From: an uncultured Planctomycetota bacterium
GTDB taxonomy: Bacteria; Planctomycetota; Planctomycetia; Isosphaerales; Isosphaeraceae
Length of the DNA: 64,000 nucleotides
NCBI GenBank assembly: GCA_963823665.1
Contig: CAWGMQ010000003.1
Span: 640,001-704,000, forward strand
Reading direction: 5' to 3'
Under the pieces are notes generated by a model. The model did no database searches. It worked only from the letters and a program-made list of their open reading frames with translations, and was not told the origin of the DNA. Of this stretch, positions 54,246 to 64,000 are shown in pieces. Both the position numbers and the translations under genes were made by a program. Numbering within the stretch: the first letter of the stretch is position 1; the number at the start of each line of letters is the position of its first letter.

Positions 54246-57041
54246 ATGCTTGACTCCGACCAAATGCTGAATCGGGCGATCACCGATTATCTGGACATGG
54301 CCCTCCGGCTCGCGAATGTGTTTCCGGCCGTGGTCGATCTTGAGACAGGCGAGATCGTCGGCCCGAGCCTGTGGGATGAGGTCGTCGGCAATCCGCCGGG
54401 GACGACCGCGCCCCGGTTGTCGGCCTGGGTGGCCGCGATCCATCCCGGCGCCCGCCCGGCCCGCGATGCCTCCTGGGCCGACTGTCTCGCCGGGCAAGCG
54501 CCGCTACACGAGGCCGAGTACCAGGTTCGCCGATACGACGGGGGCTGGGTCTGGGTCAGAGTCGTCGGGAAGGTGGTTGAACGAGACGATTCGGGTGGGC
54601 CGCTGCGGGCGGTTATCGCGGTTCGAAACGTGGACGACATCAAGCAGGCTGAGCAGGCGCTTGGTGAGCGCGAGCGGCAGCTCAACTCGGTTTTAGGGCA
54701 CCTTCCGGGACTGGCCTATCGGGCCCTGGCGGACGACCGCTGGTCGGCACTCTTTGCCAGCAAGGGCGTCGAGGAACTGACCGGCTACCCGGCGGAGGAG
54801 TTCACTTCCCACCGGCTCAACTATGGCGAGATCATGCTGCCCGAGGACCGGCCGGCGACGCGTGAGGCGGTGTTGACCGCGCTGCGTGAGCGGAAGATGT
54901 ACGAGGACGAGCATCGCGTGCGACACAAGGACGGCTCGGTGAGGTGGATCTGGGCACGCGGCCACGGCGTGTTCGCCCCAGACGGCTCACTGCGCTTTAT
55001 CGAGGGCTTGAACCTGGATGTGACCCGCCAAAAGCGGGCCGAGGAAGAGTTGCGCTTCGCCAAAGAGGCCGCTGAATCGGCGAACCGAGCCAAGGACGAG
55101 TTCCTCGCCAACGTCAGCCACGAGATCCGAACGCCCATGAATGCCATCCTCGGCATGACCGAGCTGGCGCTGGAGACTTCCCTCACCGAGCACCAGCGTC
55201 AGTACCTGGCAACGGTCAAGGCGGCCGCGGACAACCTGCTCAGTCTGATCAACGACCTCCTTGACTTTGCGAAGATCGAGGCGGGCCGCCTGGAACTCGA
55301 CCCTGCGGATTTTTCGCTCGGTTCCGTGCTGGGCTCTACCCTTCGCGCGCTGGCCGTGCGCGCTCACAAGAAGGGCCTTGAACTGGTATGCCAGCAGCGG
55401 CCCGGCGTGCCCGATGCCCTGGTTGGTGACGCCGGCCGGCTGCGCCAGGTGCTCATCAATCTTGTGGGCAACGCCATCAAGTTCACAGGACGCGGCGAGG
55501 TTTCGGTGCTCGTGGAAAACACCGGGGAGCAATTGCCGGAGGGAGAGCTGTGTCTGCGCTTCGCCGTGACAGACACCGGCATCGGCATCCCGCCGGACAA
55601 GCAAGCGAAGATCTTCCGGGCGTTTGAGCAGGAAGATACGTCGACCACGCGCAAGTACGGGGGAACCGGGCTAGGATTGAGCATCGCGGCCCGGTTGGTG
55701 GGACTGCTGGGAGGTTCGATCGAGGTCGAGAGCGAACCGGGCCGGGGAAGCACGTTCTCCTTCACGGCTCACTTCCGCCCTGGGCACGCGGCGCCGGATG
55801 GAATCGCGCCCGAGTCGCCATCTCCGCTCTGGGGGCTGCCAGTACTGATCGTCGATGACAATGCGACCAACCGCCGGATCCTCGAGGAGTGGCTGCGCGG
55901 CTACCAGATGGAGCCGGCGGCCGCCGGCGACGGCGTGACGGCCATGGACACTCTGTGGCACGGTGTGGCGCAAGGCCATCCCTACCCGCTCGTCCTGCTT
56001 GACGGCGGCATGCCGGACATCGAGGGTCTCGCTCTGGCCTCGAAGATTCGCGGGCGGAAGGAGCTGTCGGCGACGCGGATCATTCTGCTGACTTCCGGAG
56101 ACCGCCCTGGCGACCTGCCCCGGGCGCGTGAACTCGGAATTTCGGCCAGCCTGCTGAAGCCGCTGCAGCAAAGTGAGTTGATGGAAACCATCCTGTGGGT
56201 CATGGGGCATGAAAAGGAAATGGGGCGGCCACCCGATGGCTCTGCGGTTGTGCGGCCACCCAACCTGGAGGGTCTAGGGGGACTGGCGCTGCGCATCCTG
56301 GTCGCCGAGGACAACGAGTTCAACCGGGACCTTCTGGAGTATATGCTGGCCGGCCAGGGGCTCTCGGCGACGATGGTGGTTGACGGTCGCGAGACGCTGG
56401 GCCGCCTGGAGCGCGAACAGTTCGACCTGTTGCTCCTGGACATCCACATGCCGGAGCTGGACGGCTTCCAAGTGGTGGAAGCGATCCGGAAGCGCGAGCA
56501 AACGACAGGACACCACCTGCCCGTCATCGCCTTGACCGCGCGCTCGAAACGCGAGGACCGCGAGCAGTGCTTGCGGGCGGGCATGGACGAATACCTCACC
56601 AAGCCGTTCAAGGCTGCTGAGCTGTGGGCAGCGATCGACCGGGTCGTGAGACGTCATCCGCCTCACAGCCAAGAGCGGCTGGATCCGATTGACCCGCGAG
56701 TTCTGTTAGCCGCGTGCGGGGCCGACGCGGGGATGCTCCAGAAAATGTGCCGGTCGCTGGAGGCGCGAGTTCCGGAGCACCTGGCGGCGGTCCGCGAGGC
56801 ATTGCATCACCGTGACGCGCTGCGTTTACGGGAAGCGGCTCACAAATTCTGTGGTATGCTGTCGGCGTTCTCCACGGTTGCTGGCAATCAGGCGGCCGAT
56901 CTGGAGGACGCCGCGGCGGGCGCCCAGCTTGACAAAGCTCAGCCGATCGTCGCACAACTGGAAATGATCGCCGGAGAACTGCTAGAGCGTGTGGAGGGCT
57001 TGTCGATCGAGAAGCTTGCGCCACCGGGCAGAGTGTGCTGA
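54246..57041 (+). CDS. Cytoplasmic hybrid histidine kinase (PAS-PAS-HisKA-HATPase-REC-REC-HPt)
   Basis: PAS/PAC motifs, FLANVSHEIRTPMN, NLVGNAIKFT, DTGIGI, GGTGLGL, two REC domains, AAHKFCG HPt. No TM segment seen. Confidence 0.93.
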   Translation: MLDSDQMLNRAITDYLDMALRLANVFPAVVDLETGEIVGPSLWDEVVGNPPGTTAPRLSAWVAAIHPGARPARDASWADCLAGQAPLHEAEYQVRRYDGGWVWVRVVGKVVERDDSGGPLRAVIAVRNVDDIKQAEQALGERERQLNSVLGHLPGLAYRALADDRWSALFASKGVEELTGYPAEEFTSHRLNYGEIMLPEDRPATREAVLTALRERKMYEDEHRVRHKDGSVRWIWARGHGVFAPDGSLRFIEGLNLDVTRQKRAEEELRFAKEAAESANRAKDEFLANVSHEIRTPMNAILGMTELALETSLTEHQRQYLATVKAAADNLLSLINDLLDFAKIEAGRLELDPADFSLGSVLGSTLRALAVRAHKKGLELVCQQRPGVPDALVGDAGRLRQVLINLVGNAIKFTGRGEVSVLVENTGEQLPEGELCLRFAVTDTGIGIPPDKQAKIFRAFEQEDTSTTRKYGGTGLGLSIAARLVGLLGGSIEVESEPGRGSTFSFTAHFRPGHAAPDGIAPESPSPLWGLPVLIVDDNATNRRILEEWLRGYQMEPAAAGDGVTAMDTLWHGVAQGHPYPLVLLDGGMPDIEGLALASKIRGRKELSATRIILLTSGDRPGDLPRARELGISASLLKPLQQSELMETILWVMGHEKEMGRPPDGSAVVRPPNLEGLGGLALRILVAEDNEFNRDLLEYMLAGQGLSATMVVDGRETLGRLEREQFDLLLLDIHMPELDGFQVVEAIRKREQTTGHHLPVIALTARSKREDREQCLRAGMDEYLTKPFKAAELWAAIDRVVRRHPPHSQERLDPIDPRVLLAACGADAGMLQKMCRSLEARVPEHLAAVREALHHRDALRLREAAHKFCGMLSAFSTVAGNQAADLEDAAAGAQLDKAQPIVAQLEMIAGELLERVEGLSIEKLAPPGRVC

Positions 57042-57043
57042 CG

Positions 57044-57643
57044 ATGATTGAAGAACAGACCACAATCGCAGTGCAGCGCTACCTCGATGCGCTCGCCGGG
57101 GACACGCCCGCCGAAACAATTGTGCGGGCGCTCCTCGACCGGTCGGTCCATCGCCTGCAAGTGCTGTGCGCGAACTTGCTGTACCGGGGTTACCCACGTT
57201 TGATGCAGCCCCCAGTGAACCTGCAACCCGATGAGCTTTTGAGCGCGGTGGTCGAACGGCTGCTCAAGGCCCTGCGCGCCGCTCGTCCCCAGACGGTGCG
57301 AGAATTCTTCGCCCTGGCCAACCAGCACATGCGCTGGGAGCTGAATGACCTGGCCCGACGCTTAGATAGTCAGCCGGCCGCTGGGGAGCTGTACGAGGGG
57401 ATCGCGTTATCACCGCCCTCCAGCATCTCGAGGCTTTCGCCGAAAGGTCTGCGCATGCTGCAGGCAGTCGATGACCTTCCCGACGAGGAGCGGGAGGTCT
57501 TCGACCTCGTGCGCATCCAGGGCATAACGCAGGTCGAGGCCGGGGAGGTGCTGGGCGTATCGACCAAAACGGTGCAGCGGCGGCTCAATCGTGCGCTTCT
57601 GATTTTGTCGGAGGTGCTTGAAGACCTCCGGCCCGGCGGTTAG
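57044..57643 (+). CDS. ECF sigma factor (planctomycete kinase-associated type)
   Basis: Region-2-like FFALANQHMRWELNDLAR. Region 4 LPDEEREVFDL...LGVSTKTVQRRL. Starts just after the HK stop. Confidence 0.88.
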   Translation: MIEEQTTIAVQRYLDALAGDTPAETIVRALLDRSVHRLQVLCANLLYRGYPRLMQPPVNLQPDELLSAVVERLLKALRAARPQTVREFFALANQHMRWELNDLARRLDSQPAAGELYEGIALSPPSSISRLSPKGLRMLQAVDDLPDEEREVFDLVRIQGITQVEAGEVLGVSTKTVQRRLNRALLILSEVLEDLRPGG

Positions 57644-57731
57644 TCATCGCGGCAGCCGTGGCGAATAGGCCCGGCCTTTTCCTGGGCGCTCTGCACGCGA
57701 GGCGAGTACGCGACGGCTGTGGGAGAATCCG

Positions 57732-60700
57732 GTGATGGCAGCCGATCCACGAGTGCGAGCCCTGCTCGAGGCGATCCTGGAATCGCGCTCTACACCGGAG
57801 GAGGCGTGCAAGGATTGCCCTGAGTTGCTGAGCGAAGTGCGCAATGGCTTGAGGCGGCTGCGCAAGCTCGAACTCGAAGTCGACTCGTTGTTCCCGACCA
57901 GCGGATCGGAAACGGCGCCGCCTGAGCCGCCGGATTCACCACCCCCCCGGATCGCCGGCTACGACGTCGAAGCGGTGCTGGGTCGCGGTGGCATGGGCGT
58001 CGTTTACAAGGCGCGGCACTTGCGATTGAACCGCACCGTTGCTCTCAAGATGATGCAAACTGGCGCATACCCAGGAGCACACGAGCGGGCGAGGTTCCAG
58101 CGCGAAGCCGAGGTTGTGGCGAGCCTACACCATCCGAACATCGTTGCAGTCCATGATGTAGGCGAGCACCAGGGGTGCCCTTTTTTCACGATGGAGCTTC
58201 TGGAAGGGGGAAGCCTGGCGCAGGCGCTCTCGGGCGCGCCGCAGCCGGCCCGGCGGTCGGCTGCGCTGCTCTTGACGCTGGCGGAGGCGGTGCAGGTCGC
58301 GCAGCAGGCCGGGATCGTGCACCGCGATCTGAAGCCCGGCAACATCCTGCTCACCGCAGAAGGAATGCCCAAGATTGCTGATTTCGGGCTGGCGCGGCAC
58401 TTCGAGTCGGAGGCGGCGCTCACATTGAGCGGCACCCCGCTCGGGACGCCCAGCTACATGGCCCCCGAGCAGGTGATCGGGAACGCGGGAGCGATCGGTC
58501 CGGCCACGGACATCTACGCCCTGGGCGCGCTGCTTTATGAAATGCTCACCGGCCGGCCGCCGTTTCGGGGAGAGACGGCGGCAGAAACCGAGCGGCAGGT
58601 GATCCACGAAGAGCCGGTCGCTCCGGCGCGACTGAACACGACAGTTCCGCGTGACCTCGAGACGATTTGCCTGAAATGCCTGAACAAGGAGCCGGCGCGG
58701 CGGTACGCCAGCGCCGCGGCGCTGGCGGACGATCTGAGACGGTTCGGAGAAGGCCGGCCGATCCAGGCCCGGCCCGTGGGATTCTTCGAGCGTTTCTGGC
58801 GCTGGTGCCGGCGCAACCCAACAGAGGCAGCTCTCGTGGCCACGGCTCTCGCGCTGGTGACTTTAGCCCTGGGCGGAGGTTTCTGGCTGGAAAGACAGCG
58901 GGCCGAGCGGCGCGAGGAGACGGCGCGACGGGAGGGGCAGCAGTCGAAAGCCGCGGAGGCCGTGCTGGAGCAGGCCGTGGCCATGCAGAAGAAGGGCCGG
59001 TGGCCGGAGGCGCGCGCGGTGCTGGAGGGGGCACCGAGACTCATGGACACGCCGGCTCTCGTCGGGATCCACAAGCGCGTGGGCCAGGCGCTCGCCGACG
59101 TGCGCATAGTGAGCGAGTTGGAGGAGATCCGGCTCCGCTTGCTGGAAGGCACCGCACCCTCGGGGCATCGACTGTACGCCAAGGCTTTCAAGGAGTATGG
59201 GATTGCCTTACCGGCGACTGAGCCGGCGGCGGCGGCGGCGCAAATCCGCAACTCGGCCGTCCGCGACACGCTTCTGGCCTTCCTCCACGACTGGCTCTTC
59301 TTTTGGGCATGGGATGCGGACAGGCCGAATTTGCGGGCCGTGCTCGACCAGGCGGACGACGATGACTGGCGGCGACGCCTCCGGAAGACGCTGGGAGGCG
59401 CCTACGATCACGGCGAGCGGATGGATCTGCTCCGGGCCCGGCAAGCTCCTGACCAACCGCCGCTGATTCTCGGCGGGCTGGCCGATGCCATCCTGAATCG
59501 CGGTATCGAGGGAGAGGAAGCGCGGGCCCTCGTGCGCGCGGCCCAGCAGCGCCACCCGGACGAATTCTGGATCAACTACCACATGGGCTACATCTCGCTG
59601 GCGGAACACCCGCAGGAAGCCGTCGGTTACTTTCGAGCGGCAGTGGCCAGCCGTCCCGAGAGTAGTCAGGCACACATCATGCTGGGCCGAGCGCTACACG
59701 ACGCCGGGGACACGGATGGAGCCATCGCTGCCTTCCGGAAGGCCATTCCACTCAATTCCAATCGCGCCGGCGCCCGCGACCTGGCCAGGGCCCTGGCCCC
59801 AAGGGGCGGGCTGGAGGAGGCCCGTGCCCTGTGGGGAAAGTTGTTGGAAGCAAAACCCCCGGATTACGACCCGTGGGACGGCTATGCCCAGCTTTGCGCA
59901 TTCCTCGGCAACGAGGAAGCGTACCGCTGGGCCCGAAAGGTGCTCCTCGCACGCTCAAGAGACAGAACAGACCACTGGGCCATGGCCGAACGCGACGCCC
60001 TGGCCTGTCTGCTTCTGCCGGGTTCCCGAGAGGAACTCCAAGGTGCAATCGGTCTCATGGACCTCGCCGTGGCCACGGGACCCAAGTTCTTTCCTGACAG
60101 CGCTTGGACCCAGTTCGTCAAGGGACTGGCGACATATCACCAGGGCCGACCTCAGCAAGCCGTGCCTTTGCTGGAAGAGTCGGCCGATCTCCTGCCCAAC
60201 CGCCCTGGTCCGCGGTTGGCGCTGGCTATGGCGCAGTTCCAATCCGGCCACCCGGCGCAAGCTCGCAAGACACTGGCGGCCGCGGTCCGGGCCTACAACT
60301 GGATGGAGCCTCAGGCTGACCACCCCACGGCGTGGGTCAGCCACGTGCTCCGCCGCGAGGCCGAGGCCCTGATCTTGCCGAACTTGCCGGCGTTTCTTCG
60401 CGGAGAATATCAGCCGGAGAACAACGATGAGCGTCTCGCGCTCGTAGGAATCTGTCAGTCCCAGGGCCGTCATCATGCCGCGGCGCGGTTGTACGCGGAG
60501 GCTTTTTCTTCCGACCCGGAACTTGCGGACAACTTGACCACGGAGTGCCGTTACCGGTCCACGGAAGAGGAACCTTTCTACGAGCGCGTCGAATCCGTTA
60601 ACACCGAAGCCCCTTACCTCGCGGCCCGTTGCGCTGCCCTGGCTGGGTGTGGCCTGGCAAGGGATGGGGCCGGGCTCAGCCGGGCCGAGCGGGCGCGGTG

Positions 60701-61709
60701 GCGCAAGCAGGCGCGCGAGTGGTTGCGGGCCGACCTGGCTCTGTGGGGGAAGACGCTGCACAGCGGTTCCGAGCAGGACTTCGCTCTCGCCAGGAGGATG
60801 CTCATGCACTGGCAGGTCGAGCCCGACCTGGCCGGGATACGTGACCTGAAGGCGCTGGATGAAGCATCCGCGGAGGAGCGCACCGAATGCTTCGCGCTGT
60901 GGGATGAAATCGGTGCTGTGCTGCGGCGAATCGCGGTGCAGGAACGGGCCTTCGTGCTTGACCCGAAGCGCGCGGATCCCCGACGCGTATTGCCGACGGA
61001 GCTGTTGCAGCAGGGGCGGCTCGAAGAGGCGCGGGTCGCCTGGCAGACCGCTCTTCTCGGCAATCCGGTGGATCACAATTCCTGGATCGGGTATGCCGAG
61101 TTGTGCCTGTTCCTTGGCCGGGAGGAGGAGTACCGCCGGGCCCGGCGGGACTTGCTCGCGAGGTTTTCCATCACTAATAATCCGTACTTCGCGGAACGCA
61201 CCGGCCGGGCCTGTCTACTCATGCCCGCGACTGGGGAGGAGCTGCGCCAGGCCGTCGCGCTCGCCCGGCGCGCCGCGGCGTCGGACCCATCGGCTCACGG
61301 CGGGAACTATTCCTGGTTCCTGTTCGCCCGAGGCCTGGCGGAATACCGTGAGGGGAAGTTTCGCGAGGCCATCGCCACGATGCGTGGCGACGCGTCCCGC
61401 TTGGACGGTCCGATGACCCGTCTCGTCCTCGCCATGGCCCTGCACCGGGATGGACAGTTGGCGGAAGCCCGGAAAACGCTCGCCGCGGCGAACGTCGCGT
61501 ACGACTGGAAGGCGATTCAGGCGCGTGACCACCACGCCTGGATCTGCCATGTGCTCCGCCGAGAGGCCGAGGGCCTGATTCTCCCGAAGCTGCCGGCCTT
61601 CCGGCGCGGAGAGTACGGACAGCACGACAAGGATGGGGAACGTGAGCGGTGGAAGCGGCTCTGGTCCCACGTGGACGCACTGCTGCTGCGCGTGAGCGTG
61701 CCGGAATGA
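57732..61709 (+). CDS. Hanks-type Ser/Thr kinase with TM segment and TPR-like repeats
   Basis: GRGGMG, VALK, HRDLKPGN, DFGLA, GTPSYMAPE. Hydrophobic stretch after RRNP. TPR-like blocks. Confidence 0.93.
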   Translation: MMAADPRVRALLEAILESRSTPEEACKDCPELLSEVRNGLRRLRKLELEVDSLFPTSGSETAPPEPPDSPPPRIAGYDVEAVLGRGGMGVVYKARHLRLNRTVALKMMQTGAYPGAHERARFQREAEVVASLHHPNIVAVHDVGEHQGCPFFTMELLEGGSLAQALSGAPQPARRSAALLLTLAEAVQVAQQAGIVHRDLKPGNILLTAEGMPKIADFGLARHFESEAALTLSGTPLGTPSYMAPEQVIGNAGAIGPATDIYALGALLYEMLTGRPPFRGETAAETERQVIHEEPVAPARLNTTVPRDLETICLKCLNKEPARRYASAAALADDLRRFGEGRPIQARPVGFFERFWRWCRRNPTEAALVATALALVTLALGGGFWLERQRAERREETARREGQQSKAAEAVLEQAVAMQKKGRWPEARAVLEGAPRLMDTPALVGIHKRVGQALADVRIVSELEEIRLRLLEGTAPSGHRLYAKAFKEYGIALPATEPAAAAAQIRNSAVRDTLLAFLHDWLFFWAWDADRPNLRAVLDQADDDDWRRRLRKTLGGAYDHGERMDLLRARQAPDQPPLILGGLADAILNRGIEGEEARALVRAAQQRHPDEFWINYHMGYISLAEHPQEAVGYFRAAVASRPESSQAHIMLGRALHDAGDTDGAIAAFRKAIPLNSNRAGARDLARALAPRGGLEEARALWGKLLEAKPPDYDPWDGYAQLCAFLGNEEAYRWARKVLLARSRDRTDHWAMAERDALACLLLPGSREELQGAIGLMDLAVATGPKFFPDSAWTQFVKGLATYHQGRPQQAVPLLEESADLLPNRPGPRLALAMAQFQSGHPAQARKTLAAAVRAYNWMEPQADHPTAWVSHVLRREAEALILPNLPAFLRGEYQPENNDERLALVGICQSQGRHHAAARLYAEAFSSDPELADNLTTECRYRSTEEEPFYERVESVNTEAPYLAARCAALAGCGLARDGAGLSRAERARWRKQAREWLRADLALWGKTLHSGSEQDFALARRMLMHWQVEPDLAGIRDLKALDEASAEERTECFALWDEIGAVLRRIAVQERAFVLDPKRADPRRVLPTELLQQGRLEEARVAWQTALLGNPVDHNSWIGYAELCLFLGREEEYRRARRDLLARFSITNNPYFAERTGRACLLMPATGEELRQAVALARRAAASDPSAHGGNYSWFLFARGLAEYREGKFREAIATMRGDASRLDGPMTRLVLAMALHRDGQLAEARKTLAAANVAYDWKAIQARDHHAWICHVLRREAEGLILPKLPAFRRGEYGQHDKDGERERWKRLWSHVDALLLRVSVPE

Positions 61710-61774
61710 GATGACACGCGGACGGTTTCAAGGCCAACACGTTTGCACGGCGTATGCGTTTGGTATCCCCGGAA

Positions 61775-61934
61775 CCCCCGGGTCCCGTACTGGTAGCCGC
61801 GAATCCCGAATGCGTGATACAACTGGCTCGTGGACACGCTGACCTCCCATCTCTGGAGCGTCTTGACGCAACTCCAAGTGGAATCAGCGTATCCACTGAC
61901 TTCAACTTCGGCGCGCGCTTCCGCCGGATGAACC
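61775..61934 (-). mobile_element. ISL3-family left-end relic with about 20 codons of transposase
   Basis: End reads GGTTCATCCGGCGGAAGCG on the minus strand. GGGAGG then GTG: (M)STSQLYHAFGIRGYQY, resembling planctomycete ISL3 transposase N-termini (from memory). Confidence 0.65.
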
Positions 61935-62028
61935 ATGATTTTCTTGCGGCAATTGGTTGGACGCGATCGCTTAGTTCTATGGCAGGCGAATACAAACGTC
62001 AGGGAGTCCAAGCTAAGGAGTTGAAGCC

Positions 62029-62565
62029 ATGAGCGAGAACAAAGAGCTGGACCCCAAACAACCGTCGACGAGGAAAACGGTCATTCAATGGATCGTCAGC
62101 ATCCTCAGCACCCTGTTCCTTGTGTGGATGTTCACCTTGCCAGCCACCAGAAAGCTCTTTAGCGAGATGAAGAGTACACTTTCCCAAATTTCGCAGGACA
62201 TAAAGCCGGCTAAAGCCACGAAATCCTTAAAGTATTTCGACCAACTCGAGCTGGACCCCTCGAACCCACTCCAGAGTGCCATGGCCGATCCATTCAACGA
62301 CATGGTTCGGGGAACGATCACGATGATCGAGAAGAATGTGATACACGTCTATAGTCCCACGTTTAAAGCAAACGTGGAGTGCCGAATGGCTCCATGGGTC
62401 CATGGTAAGGACTGGGCAAGAGCACGTGTGGGAGACTCATGCATGTGCGTTGGACGAGACGCTAACCACTCGGAAAGAGTCTTGACCGACGGTAAAAAGC
62501 CGAGGATCTTCGATAAAGCCATCATGTTCGACCACTCCGAGGCCACCAAGGGATCCTCGGAGTGA
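62029..62565 (+). CDS. Hypothetical membrane-anchored protein (lower GC)
   Basis: AAGGAG RBS, one N-terminal TM helix, Lys-rich. No family recognised. Confidence 0.6.
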   Translation: MSENKELDPKQPSTRKTVIQWIVSILSTLFLVWMFTLPATRKLFSEMKSTLSQISQDIKPAKATKSLKYFDQLELDPSNPLQSAMADPFNDMVRGTITMIEKNVIHVYSPTFKANVECRMAPWVHGKDWARARVGDSCMCVGRDANHSERVLTDGKKPRIFDKAIMFDHSEATKGSSE

Positions 62566-62657
62566 GATCGGCGGCCGGTAACCGATGCATTTACATAAAT
62601 ATATATCAGCGACTATTCGTCAAAATCTACCTGACGCCGCGATCGAACGAGAAAAGC

Positions 62658-64000
62658 ATGCGAGAATATGTAAATAATCTGATCGAAATTCTTCGACACG
62701 CGGACATCCTCGATATCCGAATCGCCGCCGTGGATTCCCTGGGCGTGATTGGCCCCGAGGCGCTGGATGCTGTGCCTGAGCTTCTGGAACTTCTGCGGGA
62801 GGAGGAATCGCGCGTGCGGAAGGCCGCCATTGCCTCGCTCGCGCGAATCGGTCGAAAAGCGGTGCCCGCGGTCGTCGAGTTGTTGGAGAGCGGTGCCCAC
62901 TCCAACATCCGGGCAACCGCTGGAGAAGTTCTCGTTCGGATTGGCCGAGATGCAGTCCACGAACTCGTCGAACTACTCCGAGATGGAGACCAGGCCACCC
63001 GCATGGCCGCGACCACGGCTCTGGGCCTGATCGGTGAGAATGCTGTGGAGGCAGTCCCCGCGCTGATCGCTGTGCTCAGGAGCGGTGACCCTGACTCCCG
63101 CATCGTTGCGGGAGAGGCTTTGATTCGCATCGGTCCCAGCGTAAGCGACGCCATTCCTGCTCTGATCGAGTTGCTGCGAGACAGGAGCGCAGGGCCGGAC
63201 GACCGAAGTTTCGCTGTGGGGGCCTTGTCGAGGATGGGTCGAAAAGCCGTGCCCGCGCTCATCGAAGTGCTTCGGAGCGCAGGGCCGGACGACCGAAGTT
63301 TCGCTGTGTGGGCGTTATCAAGTATCGGTGGAAACGCAGTAGCCCCGCTGATCGAAGTGCTTCGTTGTGAACAAGGGAGTGTGCGTCGGGCGGCCGCTCT
63401 TGCTCTTGGTCATATCGGGGAGGAGGCGGACGCCTCGCTTCTGGAATTGTTAAAGAGTGAGGACCCAGGCGTCCGGACCGCTGCGTCCATTGCTCTGGGC
63501 CGCGTCTATCGAAGATCCAACGAAGCGGTGGTCAACCTCATTGAAATGCTCCGGGGCGATGACCAGAACGCTCGCGTCGGCGCAGCAGATGCCTTGGGCC
63601 GATTTGGCTCGAAAGCCGACGGCGCGGTGCCCGATCTTATCAGACTTCTCCAGCGCAAGGATTCGTGTTGCCGTGAGACGGTCGCCTGGGCTCTGGGCCG
63701 AATTGGCCCCGGAGACTCGAGACGCGATTCCGGATCTCTTTCAACTATTGCGGGACGAAGATTCGGAGTCCCACATGGCCGCCTTGCTCGCCCTCACCGC
63801 TATTACCGACCGACCGTCAACGTTCGTCCCACAATTGCGGGACGCACTGCCGCAGCTCATTGAAATGCTCCGATGCGACGACCCGGATGTACGCAGGGCC
63901 GTCGTCGAGGCTCTGGGACGGATTGGCCCCGACGCCCGAGATGCGGTAGCTGTGCTCATAGAAACGCTTCGAGACGAAGAAGCGTGCGTGCGAGGTCGCG
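62658..64000 (+). CDS. HEAT/PBS-lyase repeat protein (runs off window; frameshift near 63710)
   Basis: Repeated VRxAAAxALGxIG..AVPALIExL. After an extra C the frame continues as ETRDAIPDLFQLLRDED... Confidence 0.85.
63184..63308 (+). repeat. 35-bp exact direct repeat, 90-bp period, inside the HEAT gene
   Basis: GGAGCGCAGGGCCGGACGACCGAAGTTTCGCTGTG at 63184 and at 63274. Confidence 0.9.

Overview
GC-rich window that looks planctomycetal (Isosphaeraceae-like), inferred from an ECF/Ser-Thr kinase pair, a GAESIDFLD-type ACP and an 'FEPLEGRLALS' secreted protein. From left to right it holds five blocks. (1) The tail of a kinase-TPR gene and a decayed redox operon (ALDH, cupredoxin, internally deleted heme-c protein, DUF1264, orphan TolC). 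(2) A ~13-kb minus-strand operon joining beta-oxidation enzymes to cofactor supply (RibA-RibB, PanB) and a short respiratory chain (NDH-2, cytochrome bd). (3) A rearranged zone of gene relics plus an alpha-keto-acid decarboxylase / alpha-hydroxy-acid oxidase operon. (4) A ~22-kb FAAL-initiated, four-module NRPS cluster (hand-read A-domain codes: Orn/Dab-like, Gly, Asn, Orn/Dab-like) with MbtH, a PvdE-like exporter and MacAB. (5) An ACP/hydrolase operon, an NtrC-family activator divergent from a PAS hybrid kinase-ECF-Ser/Thr kinase operon, an ISL3 relic, and a lower-GC hypothetical gene plus a HEAT-repeat gene. The strongest unexplained signal is non-coding. A homologous sigma54 promoter plus tandem-enhancer cassette occurs three times: before the catabolic/respiratory operon, the NRPS operon and the hydrolase-ACP operon. 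Two copies have identical 140-bp spacing. This suggests one locally encoded sigma54 regulon linking lipopeptide synthesis to fatty-acyl catabolism, cofactor synthesis and microaerobic respiration. About ten single-base frameshifts, several in homopolymers, are probably read errors. Several larger deletion fusions look like real decay. All calls are from reading by eye; no searches were run.
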